Below, in pieces: positions 49,008 to 57,754 of a stretch of 64,000 nucleotides of DNA. The notes beneath the pieces are model-generated. The model had not been told where the DNA came from and did no database searches. It was given only the letters and a program-made list of their open reading frames with translations. The stretch comes from a virus. The translations under genes were made by a program, and so were the position numbers. Numbering within the stretch: the first letter of the stretch is position 1; each line of letters opens with the position of its first letter. The stretch spans positions 28,689 to 92,688 of IMG/VR virus record IMGVR_UViG_3300048839_001249; one strand, 5' to 3'.

Positions 49008-50070
49008 GCATTTTAAAATTTAATATTCCGTTTAATGTTTCAATAATAATAGTTTTTACTAATGGATGTATAGTTAATACTGGATTTTCTATCAATTTTC
49101 CATATACAATTGTTTGCAATTCTTTATTGTTAAACATTATTTCATATTTATGAGTATATGTTTTGTCGTTGGTTATTACATTAATGTCATAGTATTTACC
49201 TTTACTTTCTAAGTATGAATAATCAGAAAAATGATAGCTTAAAAAATTAATAAGATATTCATCTTCTATAATTTCATATCTCATTTTTTCATAAGAAAAT
49301 TCAAAATTGATGTTTTCATCTGAGATTAAAGTAAATTTAAATAAATCTATACATTTAAGTTGTATATTTCTTTCATTTATAGAATTCAATATTACTTCGT
49401 TTCCATAATCTTTTATAGTCTCAATTTTTATATATGGAACTCCTTCAAGTGATTCCCATGATAAGTAAGGTTCAATTTGAAGTAAAAGTAATGTAAGCAA
49501 TTCATTACTAAATAAATTTGGAATTTTCAACTTGTTTACTAATGTTGAAAGTTCGTCATTACCAATACAAAAATTAGCAGAAAATAATGTTTGTATAATT
49601 GATAAACTTTGTACTGGTAAATGACTGTGTATATAACCATTTACAAATTCTCCATTACTAAATGTTGTTCTTATTCCTTTTATTTTTTGAATTGAAAGTC
49701 CGTTTTTATGTTCAAAATTTATTATTACATATAGGTCTTTTATTTCATTTTTATCATTATTTGTATTTGTTATAGTGATGTTATCATATTTAATGATTAG
49801 TCTTAATGAAAACTGTATGTGAAATTTCATATGATATTCATATACTATGTATTCATAAGCATCATGTAAATCATTATTCTTACAATTATGTGAATATAAT
49901 TGAATTTCAAATTGATTATCATCAAATACTTTACTTGCAATATTAAATATTGTTTCCCAATCATCAGCCATACTTTTTTCACATCTATTTTTCAAATATA
50001 AATATTCAATGGTTTGTCTGTTGATTATATTTTCCTTGTTTATTTTTTTAATAAATTCATATACATACAT
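48964..50070 (-). CDS. Prokaryotic E2-like (UBC-fold) protein
   Basis: GYIHSHLP...NFCIG with Cys at 49567-49569, resembling the E2 HPN...C arrangement; lies between the Ubl and JAB genes. Confidence 0.6.
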   Translation of the reverse strand: MYVYEFIKKINKENIINRQTIEYLYLKNRCEKSMADDWETIFNIASKVFDDNQFEIQLYSHNCKNNDLHDAYEYIVYEYHMKFHIQFSLRLIIKYDNITITNTNNDKNEIKDLYVIINFEHKNGLSIQKIKGIRTTFSNGEFVNGYIHSHLPVQSLSIIQTLFSANFCIGNDELSTLVNKLKIPNLFSNELLTLLLLQIEPYLSWESLEGVPYIKIETIKDYGNEVILNSINERNIQLKCIDLFKFTLISDENINFEFSYEKMRYEIIEDEYLINFLSYHFSDYSYLESKGKYYDINVITNDKTYTHKYEIMFNNKELQTIVYGKLIENPVLTIHPLVKTIIIETLNGILNFKMLEYYATKKSKNNPS

Positions 50071-50084
50071 AATATTTAAAAATT

Positions 50085-50115
50085 AAAAAAGGGGAAATGC
50101 AGTATCTCCCCCTTT
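50085..50115 (-). terminator. Intrinsic terminator after the Ubl gene
   Basis: Minus strand AAAGGGGGAG-atactgcatt-TCCCC followed by TTTTTT. Confidence 0.7.
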
Positions 50116-50135
50116 ATTATGAATGAAATTATTTT

Positions 50136-50858
50136 TTACAGACCAAACTCTCTTTTGATTCTTTCAGCATCATCTTTGAGTTTCTTCTTTTGTTCAGCAG
50201 TAATAATTGCTGATTCTTGGATTGCTGGTTCACCGGGATGTTTTGCTATGAAATCATTGAGTAATTTTTCTGCATCATTTAAGAATGATATTGCAGTTTT
50301 GATTGGTTCAAGGTCAATTGGCTCTGCTGTTGTTTTTTCAACAGCTTTTTCAATAACTTCGTCAATAACCTCTTCAGTTACTTCCTCAGTTACTTCTTCT
50401 TTGACCTTTTTAGGTTTTTCAGTTTTCTTTGGCTTTTCTTCTGACTTTTTGGTTTCTGATTTACCAGTCATTTTGTTGAGCCATGCTTTGAGCAAATTTT
50501 TCATTTCATCTGTGGATTTGTTTGTGTAATTTTTGTCTTTATTGAAGTGCTCAGCAGCTTCTTTGTTTTCAGCAATAGTTTCTTTAATTGCACTTCTCAA
50601 ATCCTTGTAGCTCATTTTGTCGACATCCATTCCACTTTTTACCTTGATAGGCATCAAAAAAAGTGTAAATTTGTCACTTGGAAGTTCAGCATTTGCAACT
50701 TCAAGTGTATGTCTGTTTTCACCAATAACAGCTTTCATGTTCTTGTGACTTACTCCATTTTCAGTAAGTACACCTTGGAGTTCTCCCCATGTTTTAGCAT
50801 TGCTACTGATGATTTTACCATCTTGTCCTGATGTTGAATAAATTGTGATTGTTCTCAT
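50136..50858 (-). CDS. Ubiquitin-like (beta-grasp) domain, residues 1-76 ending KVKSG, fused to a helical/charged C-terminal extension
   Basis: Strand-strand-helix (TWGELQGVL)-strand pattern, LP..FTLFL terminal strand, Gly76 at 50633-50631; operon with E2, JAB and E1. Confidence 0.7.
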   Translation of the reverse strand: MRTITIYSTSGQDGKIISSNAKTWGELQGVLTENGVSHKNMKAVIGENRHTLEVANAELPSDKFTLFLMPIKVKSGMDVDKMSYKDLRSAIKETIAENKEAAEHFNKDKNYTNKSTDEMKNLLKAWLNKMTGKSETKKSEEKPKKTEKPKKVKEEVTEEVTEEVIDEVIEKAVEKTTAEPIDLEPIKTAISFLNDAEKLLNDFIAKHPGEPAIQESAIITAEQKKKLKDDAERIKREFGL

Positions 50859-50861
50859 TTT

Positions 50862-51494
50862 TTACCAGTTAATTAATAATTTGTTATTTTCTTTTAAAAG
50901 TTCATTTACTTTAATGAAATGCCTACATCCTGTAAATTTGACAATATTTCCATATGCCTCTGCAGCAGGATGTGGTGCTGTTAGAATTGTATTTCCTTCT
51001 TTTTCTATTATTGGGATAAATGTTTGTGCATATTTTCCCCATAACATCCAAATACAAGGATTATTTGTTGCAATATAGGATATAATTTTTGTGGTGATAG
51101 GTTTCCATAATGATGTATGACTACCAGCATTTTTCTTTTCAACAGTTAGTGCTGTATTAAGTAGAAACACACCTTGATTTACCCAATCCTGTAATGTTTT
51201 GTCAATTGGATGTCCAATTTCCTTTTCAATAACTTTTAAGGAGAATGGTTTTTTTGTATCATGACTTACAGCAAAGGCATATCCTATGGCTTGTCCTTCT
51301 TGAGGATAAGGGTCTTGTCCTAGTATTACTACTCTTATTTGATTTACTGGCATCCTAAAAACATTAAATACATCTTTTGATAATGGATAAAAATTGTCGG
51401 GATTTAATTTATTGATTTTTATCCATTCTGGAAGCATTTTTATTTCTGCGAATAGCTCAGTCCAACTGTCATGAATGATGTCTACTAGCTTCAT
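50862..51494 (-). CDS. ung: Uracil-DNA glycosylase (family 1)
   Basis: VVILGQDPYP, QGVFLLNTALTV, LWG and HP motifs. Confidence 0.95.
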   Translation of the reverse strand: MKLVDIIHDSWTELFAEIKMLPEWIKINKLNPDNFYPLSKDVFNVFRMPVNQIRVVILGQDPYPQEGQAIGYAFAVSHDTKKPFSLKVIEKEIGHPIDKTLQDWVNQGVFLLNTALTVEKKNAGSHTSLWKPITTKIISYIATNNPCIWMLWGKYAQTFIPIIEKEGNTILTAPHPAAEAYGNIVKFTGCRHFIKVNELLKENNKLLINW

Positions 51495-52495
51495 AATATA
51501 TTATTTTTTTTGAAAAATTCAATCAATGGTTTTTCACCTATGTTTTTTTGAATTTCTGCAGGATCATTAAAATGAGGTGTAATAAATCCTTTAGCCTTAT
51601 TTGGATTGTAACTATTAAAAGCTGCTACAACTCTTTCAACAGCTTTTTTTCCAGCATCATCATTATCAAACATTATTGATATATTTTCAAATCTTTTTGA
51701 TAATGATATAATAATAGGTATATCAGGTAATATTCCTTCATTTTGGAACCAAATAACATCTTTTTTACCTAAGTTTCTAATTACTCTACAGTCTTTATAG
51801 CTTTTGGTAATAAGCAAATTAGTTCCTCTAGAAGAAATATTCCTGATATTTCCTATATCATTTTTGTTACAATTTGTTATCCACTTATTGTTATAATTTA
51901 CTGTTGTAGGACAATAAATTTTCACCCTAGGATTAAATTCAAAAAGAGCATATGAAGGTTTTCTTGGTCTGACAGTAAATGAATTTTGATTTTTTGTTAG
52001 TTTATACCATCTTACAGCATACACATGATCTTCAATTAATTGAGATTTTTTAATATTATATTGAGACCAGTATTTACCATCTTCTTTGATATAGTTTCTT
52101 GGATGAAATATAATTTGTGTATTCTTCTCCTTGTTTTTTGTAATAATATTATTTTGTGCAATAACTGGTTTAACATTTGTTGATGAATAGCCGAGTCCAA
52201 GTGTAAAATGCTTATTTATCAATTCCAATGTTTCTTTAAAATTTGTACCATAATATGCACTAATAAAATTAAAACAATCCATTGGTGAATTTGAAAATCC
52301 AAAATCCACAAAATATAATTTTCCATTATACCTTTCAAAGTAACAACCAGCAGAAGAATCATTCTTCCTTAATGGTGAAAGGAAAAATTCTCCTTCTACT
52401 GGTTTTAATACCATGCTAAAAATATCCTCTTGAGATACTCTTAATAGTATTTGTTCTAATGTTAATGGTATAAATTCACAAAAACCATAGTTCAT
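51491..52495 (-). CDS. dnaG: DNA primase (Toprim), crAss-type
   Basis: SPLR..D N-terminal domain, ITKSYKD, and FDNDDAG Toprim motif. Confidence 0.8.
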   Translation of the reverse strand: MNYGFCEFIPLTLEQILLRVSQEDIFSMVLKPVEGEFFLSPLRKNDSSAGCYFERYNGKLYFVDFGFSNSPMDCFNFISAYYGTNFKETLELINKHFTLGLGYSSTNVKPVIAQNNIITKNKEKNTQIIFHPRNYIKEDGKYWSQYNIKKSQLIEDHVYAVRWYKLTKNQNSFTVRPRKPSYALFEFNPRVKIYCPTTVNYNNKWITNCNKNDIGNIRNISSRGTNLLITKSYKDCRVIRNLGKKDVIWFQNEGILPDIPIIISLSKRFENISIMFDNDDAGKKAVERVVAAFNSYNPNKAKGFITPHFNDPAEIQKNIGEKPLIEFFKKNNIL

Positions 52496-53259
52496 TACGA
52501 TTCTTCCTCAGTCCAAGTTTCTGATGTTTCTGATGTTTCTGATTCTTTAAATCCCTCACCTGTAGGAATTGTATCTTCTTCAACTTGCTGTTTAGCAAAA
52601 TTTGATTCCATAAACCATTGAGTCCTTGTAAAAGGATGTACATTACCAGCACCATCTTTGTAAAATAAAGCTTTTGTTTTGTTAGTTGGATTGTGTATTT
52701 CTGTCCATACTTCAACAGGCTCAATTGATTTACATAACCATTTTCCTTGCTTCATGTTTTGTGGAAGTCTCAGATATGTTTTGTTATTATCTCCTGTAAT
52801 TTGCCATTGCCACTGAGCAAATATGTCCATCTTTTCAGTCTCAAACCCTTTTGGGAGAATGCTTTTTGCAATATCACAGAATTGTTTAAAACTTTTGATT
52901 GGTACTTGCATTGCTGTTTTAATAGCATCTTTTTCAACATAAGCATGGAGTATGTGAGTAATAATACTGTTAAAATCTCTCAATGCTTCAATCATCTTTG
53001 GATGTTTTGGGTCATTAACTTCATTCCCTTGTGCATCAAAGGCTTTTGTTACAGGAAATTTTCTGTAGCTGATTTCCTTACCATTTACAGTAAAGATAAT
53101 ATCAAGACATTCTTGTGCTGCACCATCTTTTCCACCATTAGGATTAAATTCAAATTTTGTCAGATATGCAACACCAGCATTTAATCCAAATTGTAATCCT
53201 GGGGCTATTTCTTGATTGTCATCGGTATATCCGTAGGTTTGTGTTTCTTCTTTACTCAT
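52495..53259 (-). CDS. Putative single-stranded DNA-binding protein
   Basis: Between the AAA ATPase and primase genes; beta-rich with an acidic tail (ETSETSETWTEEES). Confidence 0.5.
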   Translation of the reverse strand: MSKEETQTYGYTDDNQEIAPGLQFGLNAGVAYLTKFEFNPNGGKDGAAQECLDIIFTVNGKEISYRKFPVTKAFDAQGNEVNDPKHPKMIEALRDFNSIITHILHAYVEKDAIKTAMQVPIKSFKQFCDIAKSILPKGFETEKMDIFAQWQWQITGDNNKTYLRLPQNMKQGKWLCKSIEPVEVWTEIHNPTNKTKALFYKDGAGNVHPFTRTQWFMESNFAKQQVEEDTIPTGEGFKESETSETSETWTEEES

Positions 53260-53301
53260 TTTGTAACTTTTAGTGGTTATTGAATTTTTTACATGCTGTT
53301 A

Positions 53302-53589
53302 TTACAGCTCAGGATCAAGGTTATTCTCTTCTTCAGCAGGTTCAGGATCATCTTCAGTGATTTCAATGTCTTCACCAGCATTGTTGTCGACTTCTTCTTC
53401 AACTGAGTTGACATCATCAACCAATTCAAAACTCAGACCTTTAATGGTCTTTTTATTTTTCAGTTTAGGATGTGAAAACAATACTCTTTGTTCCCTGAGT
53501 GAAAGGCCATATTTTTCCTTGATCTGTTTTCTTGTCATTCCATTTTGTAAGTCAGTAAGTATCTGACTTGTTGTGATTTGTTTTGCCAT
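53302..53589 (-). CDS. Small HTH-like protein with acidic tail
   Basis: L.NGMTRKQIKEKYGLS helix-turn-helix-like segment. Confidence 0.6.
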   Translation of the reverse strand: MAKQITTSQILTDLQNGMTRKQIKEKYGLSLREQRVLFSHPKLKNKKTIKGLSFELVDDVNSVEEEVDNNAGEDIEITEDDPEPAEEENNLDPEL

Positions 53590-53601
53590 TTTTTTATTGT
53601 T

Positions 53602-54324
53602 TTATGTTATTACTTGGACTCCTGTATTATATGCATCTATGTGTTTTATTACATATCCCATGTCATTTGGAATATAAAGGTCATTAAACATTCCTATTGG
53701 ACTTTTTGCAGGATAATCACCGTCATAGTTTGTTACAAATACTTTTTCAACTGTTTTCTCCTGATCGTTAAATCTTTGAGTACCAAAGAGTACAATTTCA
53801 AATTTTCCTTCTGGTGTAATGTATTGATTTGTCATCTTTCCTACAGTTTTCATTCTGAAAGAAAGTTTACCAGCATTATCAATATTGTATTCTTCAAAGT
53901 GAGCCATCATGATGAAATGTTTTTCAATAGGAACTAAGTTTATAGCATCGAATATTGCTCCCATAAACAATCCTATCTTTTTAAAAACATCATATCCTGA
54001 TTTCATTGCATTGTTCATATAATAATCTTGCATAAGATAATTAGTATCATCAACTACAATGTTTCTTATTCTTTCACTTTTTGCAAGTACTTTAATACCA
54101 GTTGCAACAGTATTGGCATCATTTGTGTACCAGTAATTACCATCCATGGGTTCTTTACCTTTTTTGTAATTATTCATCCATCCTGCAAATGGTAATCCTT
54201 TATTTGCACATGCAATAATAAAAGTTTCTTTAGGGTCTAATCCCTCAATATTGAGTTCTGGTACATTACCCAATGATGTACTTTTACCCATTCCACTTTC
54301 TGCTAGTACTAATATTTTTGACAT
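53602..54324 (-). CDS. AAA_24/Sak4-like P-loop ATPase
   Basis: AESGMGKST Walker A, IVVDD Walker B, AKSP.GMF. Confidence 0.85.
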   Translation of the reverse strand: MSKILVLAESGMGKSTSLGNVPELNIEGLDPKETFIIACANKGLPFAGWMNNYKKGKEPMDGNYWYTNDANTVATGIKVLAKSERIRNIVVDDTNYLMQDYYMNNAMKSGYDVFKKIGLFMGAIFDAINLVPIEKHFIMMAHFEEYNIDNAGKLSFRMKTVGKMTNQYITPEGKFEIVLFGTQRFNDQEKTVEKVFVTNYDGDYPAKSPIGMFNDLYIPNDMGYVIKHIDAYNTGVQVIT

Positions 54325-54333
54325 TTTATAGTT

Positions 54334-55455
54334 TTAAAGTGATTCAAAATATCCAATATTAAAAAAGGCATTTAGTTGCATATGTATTGGACATTCTGTA
54401 TCTCTTGACTGCACTAAATGAACACTTCTATAATTTGGATAATCTTTTATGTCTAATTGAAAATGACGAGATATATTGTATCTTTCATCATGAGGATTAA
54501 ACATTGTAATTAAGTAGTCAGCTTCTTCTGAAAGATTTCCTGAGTCTTTCAGATCACTGTCGTTAGGAAACAGATATTCATTATTGAACTTTATTCTTGC
54601 AATATCAGATATATTTCTGTTAAGATGTATAATATCAACAAATACAAATCTACATAAGTTTCTTAACATTACCTGATATTCGAGCATTTTATCAATGTTT
54701 TGTTTTAGGGTAAATCCTCTTTCCAATTTCATTTTTCTCAAATGATCAAGAATGATAATAGTTATTTTTTCAGTATTTTTAGGCTGATAACCAATCATTC
54801 TTTGCTTTTTCTGTGCTTTACCTTCTACAATAGTTTCATAAGGTTCATAAACAAAATCTCCGTTTTTCGCTGCATAATTTAGTATGTAATTTCTTATTCC
54901 AGTAGGATTAGAGTCATTTCTGTCTTCAATGACTTCTATCTTACCTTTTGCAAGTTTTCTACCATGCTCGTCATATTTACCAAACATAGGAATAATTCTT
55001 TTGGTATATATTTCTTGCAAAATTTTTACGTGTTCTGGTATTACTTTTATTACATCATTATTATCATCTCTTAACCTATGTAATAAATATCTTGATGATA
55101 TTGGAACCCTGTGAGTACCTCTGAGTGTTCCTTTATCATATTGAAAATCAGCAATACCATAATCTTTAAAAAAGAAAAAAGCTGCTGTTTTATACTCTAT
55201 TTTTATTCTTGACATTTCAAGTGAATAATAGATAAAGTCAACATCCAGATTATTTTCAATTACATGTAAATAAGGATTAATCATGAAGCAGAAATCAGTA
55301 AATGTTGATTTTCCTGTTTTAGGACTTCCTGCTATACCGTATATGCTTCCTTTTTGTACCCTGTCAATTGCCCTGTCAAGAACATCTAATCCAGTAGGTA
55401 ATCCAGCATTTTTTCCTTTTGTTCCATCTAAAAATGTTTTTTTGAAATTACTCAT
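54334..55455 (-). CDS. dnaB: DnaB-like replicative helicase
   Basis: GLPTG, GSPKTGKST, YSLEMS, IILDH, HLNR and DLKDSGNLSEEAD motifs. Confidence 0.9.
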   Translation of the reverse strand: MSNFKKTFLDGTKGKNAGLPTGLDVLDRAIDRVQKGSIYGIAGSPKTGKSTFTDFCFMINPYLHVIENNLDVDFIYYSLEMSRIKIEYKTAAFFFFKDYGIADFQYDKGTLRGTHRVPISSRYLLHRLRDDNNDVIKVIPEHVKILQEIYTKRIIPMFGKYDEHGRKLAKGKIEVIEDRNDSNPTGIRNYILNYAAKNGDFVYEPYETIVEGKAQKKQRMIGYQPKNTEKITIIILDHLRKMKLERGFTLKQNIDKMLEYQVMLRNLCRFVFVDIIHLNRNISDIARIKFNNEYLFPNDSDLKDSGNLSEEADYLITMFNPHDERYNISRHFQLDIKDYPNYRSVHLVQSRDTECPIHMQLNAFFNIGYFESL

Positions 55456-55865
55456 CCTAATTGCTCTTCTTGTGATTCAGGTCTGTCTTCTGTTAGAGTT
55501 TGTTCTGTTGCATTATTTAATTCTGACATTAATTGTTCAAAATCAGAATGGTTTAATTCATTTTCTACTTGTTGTGTAGTATTTTCTTCTTGAACTAATT
55601 CTTTTTTAAATGTAATGTCTGAATTTAATCCTGTATAATTTGTACCTTTTATTCGTTTTCTGATCATTTCAATTTCATCTTCTGATGTGTCAATTACTCT
55701 TGCAAGACCTGTTAATTGTCTACCATTTACTAATTTATCATGCATATAACACAAAAATTCTTCTGTGTCAAATATTTGTAATTGCTTACAGTTTTTAATT
55801 GCTTGATCTTTTTCCATACTAGTATCAAGCCAATCTTCATTTTGAACATAAAATATTCTTTTCAT
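55452..55865 (-). CDS. Hypothetical protein
   Basis: Translationally coupled ORF. Confidence 0.6.
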   Translation of the reverse strand: MKRIFYVQNEDWLDTSMEKDQAIKNCKQLQIFDTEEFLCYMHDKLVNGRQLTGLARVIDTSEDEIEMIRKRIKGTNYTGLNSDITFKKELVQEENTTQQVENELNHSDFEQLMSELNNATEQTLTEDRPESQEEQLG

Positions 55866-56422
55866 TTCATTATGTATTTAGTTTGTAATTCTGCTTTTTC
55901 TTTTTGCTTTTTTACGATTTCTAAATATTCTTCTAACCTACTTTCATGTGTTATTCCTCCTGCTCCTCTTTGTGTTTTTAATATAAAATAATCTGCTCTT
56001 TGCATATATTGAACATTTTGCTTTCCATTTTTAAATTGTTCAAGATACATTGCTGCTGATGATAAAACATCTTCAATTTTTGTATTTGGATTATTTTTAA
56101 AAAACAATTGCATTTTTTCAATGCATGATTTTTTATTACCACCACCATCTCCTCTTAATTGTGAAAACATGGTTCTGAATTTAGTAGTTACCCATTCCCA
56201 ATTATTACTATCATCATCTTTAAATAAGGGTACTATCCATGTAATAGTACCCTTACTATCTCCTCTGTTGATAATCCCATTTGCATATATTTTTCTTTTT
56301 AACTCCTCTGGTATATAACTAGGATTTAAATTGTTATATAATGCAATCAGATAAGTAATACCATCATCTCTACTAATTTCATTCTCTTCTAGGATGGTTA
56401 GAATTTTAGGATTTACGATCAT
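55862..56422 (-). CDS. Replication-region protein (possible helicase loader/initiator)
   Basis: YMQRADYFI.K...SRL; lies between the SF2 helicase and DnaB genes. Confidence 0.55.
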   Translation of the reverse strand: MIVNPKILTILEENEISRDDGITYLIALYNNLNPSYIPEELKRKIYANGIINRGDSKGTITWIVPLFKDDDSNNWEWVTTKFRTMFSQLRGDGGGNKKSCIEKMQLFFKNNPNTKIEDVLSSAAMYLEQFKNGKQNVQYMQRADYFILKTQRGAGGITHESRLEEYLEIVKKQKEKAELQTKYIMK

Positions 56423-57573
56423 TTAATAGAATATTTTAGAATTTGTGTGTTTTCAAGATTTAAATTTTTTGTAGCTTGATCAACCCATTTTTCATCGACT
56501 GTGTTTTTGGCATAGATGATATAAATATTTGCTGTATGGTTCTCTCTGAATCTTACTGCTCTTCCTATTTTTTGTATCAGGTGTCTTTCTTTACTGTTAA
56601 CCTGTACAATTATAGCATTATCAATATCAGGAATATTCATACCTTCATTTAATGCTTTTACACATGATAACCGATTTATTTCTTTACGCATAAATAAATC
56701 AAGATAGTTATCACTAGATTTTGAGTGGAATGTATTAGGTTCCAATCTTTCAGCCATGTCAATTGTACCTGCAAAAATTAATGTCCTTTCATTTTCAGGA
56801 ATTGATTTTAAAACTGATTTTGCAACAGCCTCTTTACTTTTGAGACCATAAATAAATTGCATACGTTTTAAGTATTTAAATTTTAACTGTTTTCCTGTTA
56901 TGTTAGGATTTTGTTGTGCAGATTCAATATCTCTGCTAAGATAATCATAATTACTTTGTTCAGTAGTCATGAATCTGTTCTTAATTGTACCAGCTTCCAC
57001 ATTTTTATTAACATTATCTAATGAAAATTCTACTTTAATGATTTTGTATGGAGATACTAGTTGTTTTTCAACACTCTCATCCAATTTCATTGTATATACA
57101 ATTTTCATGTCAAGTTCGTCTAACAGTATTGATTTTTCTGTTTCTGTGGGAACTGTAGCTGACAATCCAATAACATCTTTTACTTTATTTTGAGTAAAGA
57201 ATTTGTAATTATTGGGTGTGATATTTTGTAACTCATCTAAAATAACAAGGTCAAAATCTTGATCTTTAATGGTATTTATTGATGCATAACATTCTCTTTG
57301 TAAAGAATTATATATATCATCACAATTCCATTTGCTGAATTCATCTGACCAGTTATTATCTCTGAGTTTTCTGGTAGGTACAACAAGTAGTATTTTTGAT
57401 TGTTGATAATCTTTTTTTATAAAATCAATAACAATCTTTGATTTACCACTTCCTGTAGCCATAGCAATTATACCTCTGATTAATCCTGTAAATGGATGTT
57501 TGGATAATTTGAGTGCATCTATGGCCTTATTTTGCACTTCTTGTTTTCTTTCATCAACATTCATTCTTTCCAT
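56419..57573 (-). CDS. Superfamily 2 helicase
   Basis: ATGSGKS, LDELQ, GLSAT, LNEGMNIP and QKIGRAVR motifs. Confidence 0.9.
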   Translation of the reverse strand: MERMNVDERKQEVQNKAIDALKLSKHPFTGLIRGIIAMATGSGKSKIVIDFIKKDYQQSKILLVVPTRKLRDNNWSDEFSKWNCDDIYNSLQRECYASINTIKDQDFDLVILDELQNITPNNYKFFTQNKVKDVIGLSATVPTETEKSILLDELDMKIVYTMKLDESVEKQLVSPYKIIKVEFSLDNVNKNVEAGTIKNRFMTTEQSNYDYLSRDIESAQQNPNITGKQLKFKYLKRMQFIYGLKSKEAVAKSVLKSIPENERTLIFAGTIDMAERLEPNTFHSKSSDNYLDLFMRKEINRLSCVKALNEGMNIPDIDNAIIVQVNSKERHLIQKIGRAVRFRENHTANIYIIYAKNTVDEKWVDQATKNLNLENTQILKYSIK

Positions 57574-57754
57574 ATGTTATGCTTAATATCATTATTGTTG
57601 TTAATAAATTCATTTGAATATTATTACTGTTAATAAATTCTTTAACGTAGTTACCTTTTATGATCATAATTGGAACAGTATTATTTATGAACGCCATATT
57701 CATAAATTCATTTACAGTAGATGAGTCTACCAAATGTACTATCATATGAGTCAT
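57554..57754 (-). CDS. Hypothetical protein
   Basis: 66-aa ORF overlapping both neighbours. Confidence 0.45.
   Translation of the reverse strand: MTHMIVHLVDSSTVNEFMNMAFINNTVPIMIIKGNYVKEFINSNNIQMNLLTTIMILSITYGKNEC

Noticed and set aside
52517-52543. 9-bp tandem repeat GTTTCTGAT x3
   Set aside because: Simple in-frame expansion of the acidic tail (SET repeats); no sign of regulatory function.
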